A stretch of DNA of 63,392 nt, the filler included, from Lenisia limosa (Eukaryota; Protista; Breviatea), in NCBI GenBank assembly GCA_001655205.1. It is 14 parts of 14 records of this genome, joined end to end, with 100 filler letters (N's around TTAATTAATTAA, not from the genome) between each part and the next. Parts side by side here need not be neighbours in the genome. Positions count along the whole stretch, not along the records: positions 1 to 16,064 come from LPNZ01004007.1; 13 more parts are not named here. The stretch is one strand, 5' to 3'. A model generated the notes under the pieces. The model was given only the letters and a program-made list of their open reading frames with translations, ran no database searches and had not been told where the DNA came from. Made by a program: the position numbers and the translations under genes. Position 1 is the stretch's first letter. Each line of letters opens with the position of its first letter. Positions 1 to 11,692 of this stretch are shown in pieces.

Positions 1-3000
1 GTACCTCGGCGTCTCTCCATGTGAAGTTGCCGACATTAACGAGTTCTACCACCAGGCCATTTTGGACGATACTGTTGAGGACGCTAAGATCAGTGAGCCT
101 TGACCACTACCTTTGTCGACCATCAGTCTCGTGATATTACGGCATTGTGAAGTAATTAACAATTATTGTCAACTTATCTTTTAGGAGTTCGTTTAGTGAC
201 TCTGGCGACAGCCGATGGGGACTCCTTTGTTTCACAGAGCCTAATTGACAGTGTAATGGACAAGGTTGGCGGAGTGTTTTCTTGGAGTAGTTCATGGTCG
301 TGTTATCACCCATCAGCTCCGGTCAGTCTTCAAACCCGTGATTGTTGATCCCAGCCACGTCACTCTTCAGGTCAACTCAGGTCGGGGGGGGGGGGTATAG
401 TTTCTTTAACCTCTGAGGTGGCTTGTAATGTCATAATATTTTACATTGTCAAATAGATTAATCAACACTTTCACATTTCAGAGGAACTTGACGCTCGTGT
501 TAACCTTCAGTGTGACGCATCATTAGTGTTAGAGGATAGTTACACTGCAAACATGCGTCGGAGATTTATATACTATGGATGCCTATGAAATGCCTATACA
601 GTTCACTGGATTCACCACACAGTAATGATGGCGTTTGTGATGAGCAATGCAATGTCTACGGCGCGGGATTCGATGGTGGCGACTGGTGGGATATTCCCAG
701 CAGTAATATGAAGTGCCTTGAATAGATAACGTTTTATCATATAAAATCCCCCCCCCCCCNNNNNNNNNNNNNNNNNNNNNNNNNNNNNNNNNNNNNNNNN
801 NNNNNNNNNNNNNNNNNNNNNNNNNNNNNNNNNNNNNNNNNNNNNNNNNNNNNNNNNNNNNNNNNNNNNNNNNNNNNNNNNNNNNNNNNNNNNNNNNNNN
901 NNNNAATATTCTTCATCGAAATTTCCTTACTTTACCCCCCCTTCAACAGTACTCCTTCAGCTGACTTCGACCTCAATTTCATTTTCGGTGCTTCTGATTT
1001 GACCTCTCCCTCCAAACAAGGTGAGAGAGCTTATAGTGTTTACTATCCGGTTGTAAAGGGATTGTGGCGGTAGAAGAAAAAATGTATCCATTTTTTTCTG
1101 AATTGGTCATCATGCTCATTTGTCCGGTTATCTCCCCTGTTCCAATACCTGACTTATTGCGGTAGCATGCATCAACCGTGGCGTTGCTGGACACTTCAAC
1201 ACCACTTGTTCGGCTGAATGCTCACAAGCAATGATCGGTGACGGTGTATGTGACATTCACTGCAATAGGAAGACTTTCGGGTGTGAGGGAGCGACAATGA
1301 AAATCGCAAATATCAAGCGAGTTTGTACATCTTATTGTATCTTGTCATATTTGTAGTATTGACCATATTGTTTTTTTTTGTGTTACAATAAAGAACAGTT
1401 GTATGCGATTTGCTTTTATTAATGTCCTCCAGATGGGATGGCGGAGACTGTTGTCAGTCAAATGCAGATAGCACCCCGAAGTACCCTGGCCATTGTACTG
1501 AGCCAGGTCATCCCAATCAGATCGGTTGGTTAACGTACTCTTTTTGTCTCTCATAATGGTCATATTTTCACGCAAACCAAGTATCCCCCCCCCTTATGGT
1601 CATAAATATACTGTGTCATTCACCAATCCAGTTCTTGAATCTTGGAACACGCAATTGAACAGAACGCTACACAAAATTCATGCACAGGGCCTTTCAAATA
1701 ACGCTATCAATATTTACTTTGTCAACAATGCCGAGCTTTCTGGTAGGTATCGTGCGATAGATGATGGGGTGAATTTGATATTTCAGAGGAATATTGTGGC
1801 TTTCTGGCTTCACCAATATCAATATACTACTAGTTCCAATTCTATAATTAATGGGGACATACTTCATACGAATTGAATTTGACTTCCTAGGTCCTCTTTC
1901 TCAAACTGCCAACCCCAATATGGGTGGATGGTCCTCTACAACAGGCTCGGTTATCACAAGAACAGTTGGTTACTTCTTGACCTTCACTCTTGCCTTAAAA
2001 CGACCAAAGATACAATTGATATTATGTGCCATATTATTATAATACTATGATATAATAATATAATATATGATATGTATATTATCATAGCATTACCCTTGAT
2101 ACTATTTATGTTTATATTTACTGTTTAGCAACTGGAGTTATACGGCGTTTCGGCTGTTATTCACGAGGTCGGCTCTTCCTTCGTTGTCTTCGCTATTATT
2201 CCCTCCTACTTTTCATTCTCTTTTTTGTCATGTTACTTATTAATATTCTTTGGCACTACAGTGTTCACGTTTGCACAGGCAGGCCATGCCCTCGGCCTCT
2301 ACAACACATATCACGGCATGATGTTGGAAGGAGGTGGGATCTTCGGCTGGCATCTTGAATACTCACCCCTCACAGACGACCAATGCGGAGTTTGTTATGA
2401 AGGCGAGGGCAGAGCTTCGTCCTTCTCTAACGGCGATTTGATTCCGGACACGGCCCCGGCAAACAGGGTGTTTGACGTGGGTCTGGTGCTTATTAATTGA
2501 AACGATGGTGTCGGGGCGACTTACACCCCGAATAATTATAATTATATATCATATTCATATATTTATGTCCACAGTGCAACTTCCACAACTGTTTGTCCAA
2601 TAAATACGCTGGAGTCTTCCTAGTTGGTTGTGATGTTTGCACCAAGAACAACCTTGACATTCCGATTGAAGAGTCACAGAATTACATGTGCGTTCTCTTG
2701 GGGCTCTATCCCGCTGCGCTGTCGTCACATAGTACTCACAAATCAGGAACAATGCCTTTGATGGAAGCTGTGTGAAACATACCTTCACTCCATACCAAGT
2801 GAGGGGAAGGGATTGTGTTCCACTGCTTAGATCAGAATTATTCCTGACCTTTATTTGGATTATTTGGGACTGAGCAGTACTTTATCCTCTCTGACGGGAG
2901 TAGATCGCGCGTACTCGCTGTGTTGTTGACAGCCACTATCTCTTTGCCTCAGTGGACCAAATTGGTTTCCAAAGCACCGCCAAACCCACAAAGGTCATTA

Positions 3001-4023
3001 TGAAGCCGAAGGTGCGTGGTGGTACATGCATGTTGCAGAACTTCGTTGGATGCTCTCTAGTGGCATGACTACCCCCTTAACCACTCAGGTAGAAAACACT
3101 TCTGAAGGTCTTCATGTGATATCTCTCCGCTCCATTCGTGAGGTTGACAATATGAAGTGAGTGTCTAGGGCAACAAATCAAATGAAAATGACGTTTTTCG
3201 TTTGATGGATAGTGACCAAGAATATGAGAGCTGAACTGAATTGTTACCTTGGATACTCTTGGTTACCTTTGCCAATTCTTCAGATATGAATTCACTCGCA
3301 CACCGGCGTGGTCTTCAGGAGCCAAACTCATCCAGAAGCCCACAAATGCTGATGGTGGGATGGAAGGGAGTTAATACAATATCATATGCATATGGTGTCG
3401 TTTCCAGGTACCAGTTGTTTTTATAATTATTCTTTAGACGCAGCGGTGTACTTTGACGCTGAAGTTGTGGAAGGAGAGCAATACTCTTACTCGTTTGAGG
3501 GCCTAAAGGAAGAGATTGTTTTTGACCTTGGTCTTGCTATTGGTATTACAAACCTTCACCTTGCAGTGTGAAGGCTGTGTTCGGAAGCTACAAAACCGAG
3601 GCATCTCCCTCTGCCTGTAAGCTGAGCTGAATCATTTTAACCAGTCGATTTTGCCTCACATTTCAGCGTTTACATTTATCAAACCTACCCCTGTACCGTC
3701 AACCACTACCGAAGAGTCGACTGATGAGAGTTCGTCTCAATCGAAAAAGAAGTCGTCAAGTAACACGTCCACCGTTGTAGTGCTGGCAATTGCTATTGTT
3801 GCGGTGGGCTTGCTTCACTCTTCATCTTAGATGGCCAACATGATCCTTTCATGACCTGACATTTGTAGGGTGTTGGAGCAGCATGTCTCTTTGCTTTCTC
3901 AGGTATGGTGTTTTTATTAATTGTGATGAGGGATTTTTGTATCTTAATTCTTGCCTTTACATATCAACAGGAAAAAAGCCGTCCTCTTCTACTCACGAGC
4001 TGGACACCGCCAATCTTTTGTAA
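1..4023 (+). CDS. Pappalysin-like metzincin (peptidase M43B) with two LNR modules and a C-terminal transmembrane anchor; multi-exon, 5'-truncated
   Basis: Spliced exons give ...MRRRFIYYGC..., NDGVCDEQCNVYGAGFDGGDC (LNR1), IGDGVCDIHCNRKTFGWDGGDCCQ (LNR2), AVIHE|AGHALGLYNTYHG (intron 2168-2278 splits the Zn motif), GDLIPDTAPA, NYMxY Met-turn, TFTPYQ, then VVVLAIAIVA-GVGAACLFAFS TM and stop TAA 4021-4023. Motif order matches PAPP-A as recalled. Confidence 0.8.
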
Positions 4024-4185
4024 TCTGTCGTTGGGTACCTTCTTGTTGCTTTCTTTTATTAATGTAATATGTAACACACGCTGAACAAACCCCTCAGCTT
4101 TGTGGGAACCTCTGGTCGGTTCAGAGTGGTCTAACAAAACAATTAAAAAGCCAAGATCTAGTTCTGAATAATAATACAAAGAAAG

Positions 4186-6260
4186 TTACATGAGACGGCG
4201 GATAGCGAAGACGCCAGCAGCCAGCACGCCTACTGTCACGGCCGAGGCAATCATTGGCTCTGTTCAGTGAGCGAGTGTAAGGAAAACGTTGTTGGATTGA
4301 GAATGTAATTCAGAGAAATACTAAACTCTTCAACAGTGAATTGTGTCATTGTGCCATATTTCTGTTTATAAGGATTGGCCAACCCACCCTTGACAGCGAA
4401 CTCATAGACACATCTGAAGGGGCAGCATTTCTTCTCAGCCTCCTCCTCAACAGTTTCCTCAACGACGATGGTCTCCTGCGGGGGGGGGGGGGGAAANNNN
4501 NNNNNNNNNNNNNNNNNNNNNNNNNNNNNNNNNNNNNNNNNNNNNNNNNNNNNNNNNNNNNNNNNNNNNNNNNNNNNNNNNNNNNNNNNNNNACAAGCAA
4601 TAAAAAACACGAGCAATAAATGTTAAAACTAGACGAAAAGCAAATGACATTGCACAAAACAAAGCCCGAGCCAAAATTGACCACCGCTTAATCATATAGA
4701 AATGGAAAATTTGTAAAACAAAAATAAAAATCCAGGCCAGTCCCTCGAAATTGGGTGAATGGAATTGCTCAATAGTTTCTACTTAATTACAAATCAATAA
4801 GGTACAAACGTAGATTAGTATTTTTCTACCACTTACCATTATGAACTTTCACCCCAAGGCCTACTTCAGCAGCCGGTGTCTCCTCCTCAGTGGCCTTAGG
4901 CTCAGTAACTATGAGTTGAGAGAATGTCAGAAAGTTAGCGTGTTCAGGGAAGAAGAAGAAAGGGCAATGAGCCCCCCCCCCACCTTTGGAGTTTTCTGCA
5001 ACAGCAGGGGTCATGATTTCAGCCTCCATATGTGACCTATGTTCTTCCTCCTTCTTGGCCTGACGGGTGAGCAGTGGTATTTTTGAGAGATTGTGGACTG
5101 TAAATCTCCAGATGGAACGAAGTGTTGTTTATATTCCTGGGTTACAAGCCCTCATGCCAGTGCTCACAATGGTCTCAGCAACCTCCATGCAGGCCTCCTT
5201 GACGCCCTTCTGTCCCATCATCTCGTCCATGACCGATTCGAACTTGGTGTCGATAATGGCCTTCTGCAGCAGTTCAATGGCTTCCACCTCGATGCCGGGC
5301 ATCACGGTGTCCAGACCGGCCTTGGCAACCTGTGTGTCATGCCAGCAAATATGGAACAAATTGTATACACTATATCATTCATTGCTGTCAATCTTTTTCG
5401 GACTATAGGGAAGCCCTGATCATATAATATATAAATGTATGACATGATATAACATATTTATTTTGTATCATATATAAAATGTTCTTATACATGCATTTTG
5501 ACACAGGAAGGTTTAGGAAAAGAGACAAAAGCTTTTTCAACACACTAAAAATGGCAAAGGGGTGTTGAACGTTTTACGTTCAACCTCCTCGTATTAAATC
5601 CAACTCACCAGTCCTGTGACAAACTCCTGAAGCTGGGGCCTCAGAGACTCCTTAGTGGCCTCATCGCTACCATGCTTCTCGTAAAGACCAGCGGCGTAGG
5701 TCTCTAACTCTGAGTTGATACCGAAGATGTCGAAAATCTCCTACAATGGTCACTCTTTTCGCACTCCGTCCAATGCCACATCCACTTTGCCCTTAAATTG
5801 AAATGACAAGAAGTCCAAAGCATCATTAGATCTTTTACCACAGAGCACACACCAGAAACCCATCAAACCTGGACGATGACGGGGATTGAACTCTGGAAGA
5901 CTGAACTCATGACTGTGTTCATCATTGTCTCCTTGCCCTGGTGTGTGATTCAGGGCAGTATATACTCTTTTTTTTTAAAAAAAAATTCACCAAGCCCTCC
6001 GTTTGAGACACTGACCAGCATCACAACAATCACATAGAATGATCAAGAAGATGAACTAGGGTAAGACCAACCTCCTTGTGGGCGGATACTAAAAGGAAAG
6101 TAACAGCTTGCTGGTCTTTAATAAGGGCTTGGATGCGGTCAATAATGGCTGCATAAATGCTAAAGGATGAAGGATAAAAAAAAAAGAACAAACAGCTCTT
6201 TGCGTTTTGTGGCATCGAGAATGTCCGCAGTGGTGAAAGAGAGCTTGTCGTCAGCGCTAA
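4186..6260 (-). CDS. Hypothetical acidic/helical protein with C-terminal tail anchor; multi-exon, start uncertain
   Basis: GT-AG bounded open exons (EIFDIFGINSELETYAAGLYEKHG; AKAGLDTVMPGIEVEAIELLQK; VTEPKATEEETPAAE); last exon PMIASAVTVGVLAAGVFAIRRLM* (stop 4186-4188). Confidence 0.55.
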
Positions 6261-6622
6261 ATCAAAGTTACTTCAAAGCAGCAAACAACAAACTTCATTT
6301 TTTATCAAGTTGGAGAACTGTAGACCTAATATATCAATATATCTATATTCTGTCTATATTAGTTATCACTAACACAACGAGAAAAGAGCAAAGAGGAGAA
6401 AAATCTTATTTATATAGTAAGAATATTTCTGGGGAAGCGAAACATTTCTGTTTTTGGTTTTTTGGGCAAGTTAGGTCAGAAGGTCAGAATATGGTTAATG
6501 TTGGATAATAGTGTATTTTACTTGTAATTTTAATAATATAAAATAATATACGTGGGCAATTGTTACTTGTATTGGCGATTTCACGAGTTTGAAGGCAGCG
6601 ACGCACGCCAATTGGTCCTAAA

Positions 6623-9602
6623 ATGGTATGAAATTGGTACTTGTATTTGTATTCCTTGCTCTTTGCTTCGCAACTGCAAATCACCCACCTCCATTACATA
6701 TTTCATTTTTGTTCTCACAAGTGTTTGTATAGAAGTGATGTTCTGTGTCCCTGCTTGGGTTGATATTTTAGGAGGAGGACACCTTGGTCCCTTTCAAGCT
6801 TCCTGACGGAACAAAGAAAGTAACGCGTTGTGACTCGAACACCACAGCGAAGCTCTTCAAGTATGATAATCAACTATTGGACCTATGTAAACAGTTGTTT
6901 TTGAAGAAGGATATTGTTCCATTTGTTCTGTACTGACTTGGCAGGGACTTATGTTTGGAAGAGCTCAACTTTCAAAGTGACGATTTTGGCACCCTAGCTG
7001 TCTGTGTGACAGGTGACTCAATTGGTGGGCTCATGATTTTTAAGCAATGGTAGTTTTCTGCAAATATACTCTGATGAGACAAGTAATATTTCCTACTTAC
7101 AATAGAAACAGTGATATTTTTGTGTTTTGATATTTTTGTATTTTTTTTTGTGAATCACTTATGTTTGCCTATTAGTTTGCCCCCTGGAGCCTTCAGAATC
7201 TGTTGTCAAAATCCTTGATGATTGGAAGTCCTTCGCTAAGTCCCTCTATATCACTGCAAGTAGGACAATGGATAACTTTTCGTAAGTCTCTGGGATGGCT
7301 TAGATACCTCATCAAAACGTGGTCTTTTTTTGACAACAACCACAGACGTACGAACTGTTCCGCAGGTCGTCCTCAGAAGGTCACCGTTTTGCTGCAGAGA
7401 CGTTGGGGGGGGGGGGGNNNNNNNNNNNNNNNNNNNNNNNNNNNNNNNNNNNNNNNNNNNNNNNNNNNNNNNNNNNNNNNNNNNNNNNNNNNNNNTTAGA
7501 CTGAGAGCCGCTGGGCTGGAACCCCCATTAACCACATTTTGTTCCTGGACGCTATGGCTCATTTCAGGGCCGGCCGCTATGCCTTCAACCCTCGTGAGAC
7601 CATCGGCATGATCGCAACTCTGGTTCAGGTCTGATCCTCTCCTGTATTTTTGGGATATTCACCATACCCTTTCTTGTTACATGAACAGTACCAACATGTA
7701 GTCACATATTAAAAAGTGATGACTGGACCTTTAGAACACACTTCGAGCACAACTGTCTATTGTGGTGTTTACTCAACAATACCTCTCACCCCCTCTCCCC
7801 TTCTTTCTGATACTTTAGCTGTACAGTGGAAACTTTGATGCGCGAAAGTCCAAACTTCAGGAATATAAGTGTGCTGGGAGGCAGGCAGAAAATTGAAAAA
7901 AATACATGGAGTTGTATGGAATGAACTAACAACTCTCATTTGCGTGGTTTTGTCTTTCTACTGTAAAGCATTTCCACATTTTTTGCTTATATCCAGGCAT
8001 TTGGTCAACGAAATGACCCCTTCTGGCTTCTCATCCTCCGAAATTGAAAATGAGGTTCTACAGCGCCACAAAGTTTTGAATGGTAGGGCATGTAAATATT
8101 GATTTGTTTTTATGTAGTTAACACCAGTTTTTTTCCTGAACTGACCCATGCAGGAATGCCAGGTTCAGCCCTGATGCACCAGTTTCTGACGAAGTGCCGT
8201 GAACTGCCGTGGTACGGAGCTGGTTTGGGGGGGGGGGGTAAAANNNNNNNNNNNNNNNNNNNNNNNNNNNNNNNNNNNNNNNNNNNNNNNNNNNNNNNNN
8301 NNNNNNNNNNNNNNNNNNNNNNNNNNNNNNNNCACTTTAATGTTGCCGTATGGGGTGGTTTGGAGCATGTTTTTCAGTGACACAATGCAGCGTTTTTCAA
8401 CGTACAAAGACCTGAGGAAACGCCACCAAGAGCCACGATTGCTGTCAACCCTGAGGGCCTCTTCGTTATATCCTCAACAACTATTGTGGGTAAGGATGTT
8501 CATCCATGAAAATGGGATTATATTTTGTAACCATCCAGCAAGTCTCTTGGGCTGACGTAACTGACTGGGCGTCTGGTGAAGGCTCTTTGCATGTGGGGAG
8601 GGCATAATGAGAAATAAAAAATAAGGTAGTATCTTAGTTGAAACAAAATTTGAGTTGTTTTTACAATATCAGGCAGTTTTGAAGTTACCAGCTGGAGGAC
8701 CAAAGGTCAGAGGAGAAGCTCCAAAGAAGAAATCCATGGAGGTCAAGTGGCTGACACCTGCAGTAGGGAGTCATTTGGTGGTAGTTTTCTTATTACACCC
8801 CCACATCACAATTTCACAGTTATCTTGTTTTATTGTCCTTCATCAATATAGAGTGAGATTCTAGCTCGAATCATTGATCGCCTGAGTCGAATTGCTCTAA
8901 GATTGGAGGTGGGGGGGGGGGGATGTTAAGGTGGTGCTATTTGCGTGTTGCCTGAAGTTTTTCGAATCTCATACCAACAGGCTGCCAAAAAGGGCACAAA
9001 TGACTCCACAAAACCATCACCAGTTCACCAAGGTATGACATTCAACCTCAGTTTTGATATGTTGTTTATTAATTTTGTTATCATATGATAGCTATATCAT
9101 ATGATATGGTTTCATTGGTAACACCACACAGTTGAAGCCACCCCTTCAGCAACACAAAGCCCACAAAAAATGCCTTCTTACCCTGTTGGCGCTACTTCGT
9201 GAGAGGGCAGAGGATATTACAGGGTTTCACGATTCTACTTTTCTCCCTTTTAACTCCAGTTCTTCAACCTCTCGTTTCAAGGTCTATGGAAAACAAAATC
9301 TTCACATACCAGAAAACCCTCAAATTCGCCAGTTGAGTTCACCACCTTGCCGCTGACACATCCCAACTGGGTGTCTCCCCACAAACCAGCAATGGGACAC
9401 TCGGAGGATATTGTCACAATGGTCCGGCGGCTTGTTGATCTTTCGAAAGTGATACTCTAGAGTTTCTTTATTTATTTATTTTAGTAGGACAAATTGGGGC
9501 AAGGGCAATAATACTACTCTTTAATCGGAACCACCAAAATGATAAATAGTATGCATTTGGCAGATCCAGAGAACGGCTGTTCTGTTTCTCTCGAATGAAT
9601 AG
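6623..9602 (+). CDS. FERM-domain protein; multi-exon
   Basis: M|EEDTLVPFKLPDGTKKVTRCDSNTTAKLF (F1 lobe), ILFLDAMAHFRAGRYAFNPRETIGMIATLVQ and EIENEVLQRHKVLNGMPGSALMHQFLTKCRELPWYGA (F2 lobe), ATIAVNPEGLFVIS (F3 lobe). Confidence 0.75.
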
Positions 9603-9764
9603 TGAGGAATGTGGGTCACAATACTTCGCAACATGTACTCACTATACCAACCCTCTTTCGAGTTAGATCAAAACATAACTACAATGGACACTAAAAATAC
9701 ATTGATCAAGCTAAGAATGAAAAAGACCAACTACACATTCCATTAATCCATAATAAATTAACCT

Positions 9765-11302
9765 TTAATACTCAATTGGACAGTTGTCTATCCAATGTAG
9801 AACCTTAACGAGTCCCGACATGAACCTCTGAAACTGTCGCTCATTGAACTCATCTTGGCTATTTAAGGTTAATCACCCAATAAAACTAAATGTTACACTT
9901 ATTTTAAAAATTAACTACTGACCAAAGCTGTATACACTGTTACGTTTATTGAGGGAAACTTCACCCAGTAATCCCTGCATACGAAAACCTTGCGCATTCA
10001 TATGTTTCAATGTAGTCCTCCCATAGCTGGCGATCAAGTCCAGGAAACTGACTGATCAGCAAAAAAAACAAGAAGTAAGTATATACTATATCCATAATGA
10101 TGGAGAGTGCTAATGAGACGAATCACCATAGAAAAAACAATAGTTCTTATAATGTTAACATTAACGCACCTTTTCAGACAAGTTTTTGACATACGCTCGT
10201 ATGGTGTGACTGGAAGCCCTTTCGAACATTTCATCTCGGTGCACTGCCGCATGTTCTGCTTAGTCAGCAGTTGGTTTTGAGGATAACTCTTAAAATGAGG
10301 GTGATTTGATGTTGGCCTTTTGGCGAGCTTCTTATACCCATACCTAATAAGAAATATGACTTTGCGATTGAGGATTTGAAGTGGACGTTCTCATATTCCG
10401 TTCCTGAAACGTGAATTTCAGAGAATATCAATGAAAGTGACAAAAAAATAAAAACCCAACAAGTCCAGCCCACCTTGTTTGCCCCATCCGTCTTGTCCAG
10501 CCAGCTGCGGTAGGGGCTCAATGGTCGTCTCTTCAGCCCTCCGGTACTCTGCCTGAATCACCTCATATTGTGACTAAGGGGGTTAATAGACAACTAAATT
10601 GGGAGGCCGAGCGTGGAGTAGCCACAGAACAATGATGATCTTTTGCCAATGGATACATCATAGTTAAATTGTTTTTTTGAAAGATACCACCACTCGACAG
10701 TAGTCCATTCTTATTCTTTTTTGGTGAAAAGGAAAAAGGATTAAACAAGCACCCCCCCCCCCNNNNNNNNNNNNNNNNNNNNNNNNNNNNNNNNNNNNNN
10801 NNNNNNNNNNNNNNNNNNNNNNNNNNNNNNNNNNNNNNNNNNNNNNNNNNNNNNNNNNNNNNNNNNNNNNNNNNNAAGACCTGAAATTTTAGGTTGCATA
10901 GGAACAAATGTGAAGAATTTTTAATATAATTATCTGATTTATCTCAATAACGATGGCAAATAGAGCCAATAAAATGAACTCCATTCAGGAACTAACAGCA
11001 CAAAGGAGTGGGGATAACTAACAGCACAAAGGAGTGGACTAACAGCACAAAAGAGTGGGGATAACTAACAGCACAAAGGAGTGGGGATAACTAACACCAT
11101 CAAAGGAGTGGGGATAACTAACAGCCTCAAAGGAGTGGATAATATTTACTATTACTTCTAGTTAGCTAACATCAAAGTAGCAAAAGTCAGCATGGGTGAA
11201 ATAAAGGCAAACCACAACGGAGAAGACACCGGCCACAACAAGAGCATGGTTGGAAGAGAGCTCTGTTGAAGATGCCGAAGTGCTGTTCGTTGTTGACTCC
11301 AT
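9765..11302 (-). CDS. NICE-3 / C1orf43-like single-pass membrane protein; multi-exon
   Basis: ATG 11302 MESTTNST...HALVVAGVFSVV (N-terminal TM), IEPLPQL, and C-terminal LWEDYIETYECARFS...EFNERQFQRFMSGLVKVL resembling the recalled NICE-3 YETARYG..F...EY.RY segment; stop at 9765. Confidence 0.6.
10991..11141. repeat. Intronic minisatellite, ~25-26 bp x6
   Basis: Unit ACTAACAGCACAAAGGAGTGGGGATA repeated head to tail with small variations. Confidence 0.9.
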
Positions 11303-11692
11303 TGCGTGTGTCCCTCCAAAGAGGGCCAGGTGTACCTGGTTTCACTAATTCACAAGGCTACACTGGACCTTTGGGAGGTCTTTGTTGCACGGCGAGAGTG
11401 GTAAGGAATAAGGTGGAGGAAAACAATTGACTTGGAGTTTATCCCTCTAATGGCGACTATAATCTTAATATAAGGAATAGTATCAGGTAGAACACACAAG
11501 AGGTTTGCTTTTTGCTTTGCAGGAATAAATAGAGTCTAATATCGTAATCATATCTACTTTGTTTTTTGTTTTTGTGGTTTTTGGGAAAAAAAACAACAAA
11601 CAACAAGGAGAGAAGGAAGAAAAATAGTTGAAAAGGAGAAAAAGAGAAAGTAGAACAGGCCATCAAAGTAGTTGATAAAAAGGGCAATCAAA

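Noticed and set aside
560-600. TGA reassignment (alternative genetic code)
   Set aside because: The frame also shifts at this site, and other genes use TGA/TAA/TAG as normal terminators (e.g. TGA 26907-26909).
8909-8930. 22-nt ultra-short intron in the FERM gene
   Set aside because: Mostly a G homopolymer, a context where this assembly breaks or collapses, so the length is unreliable.
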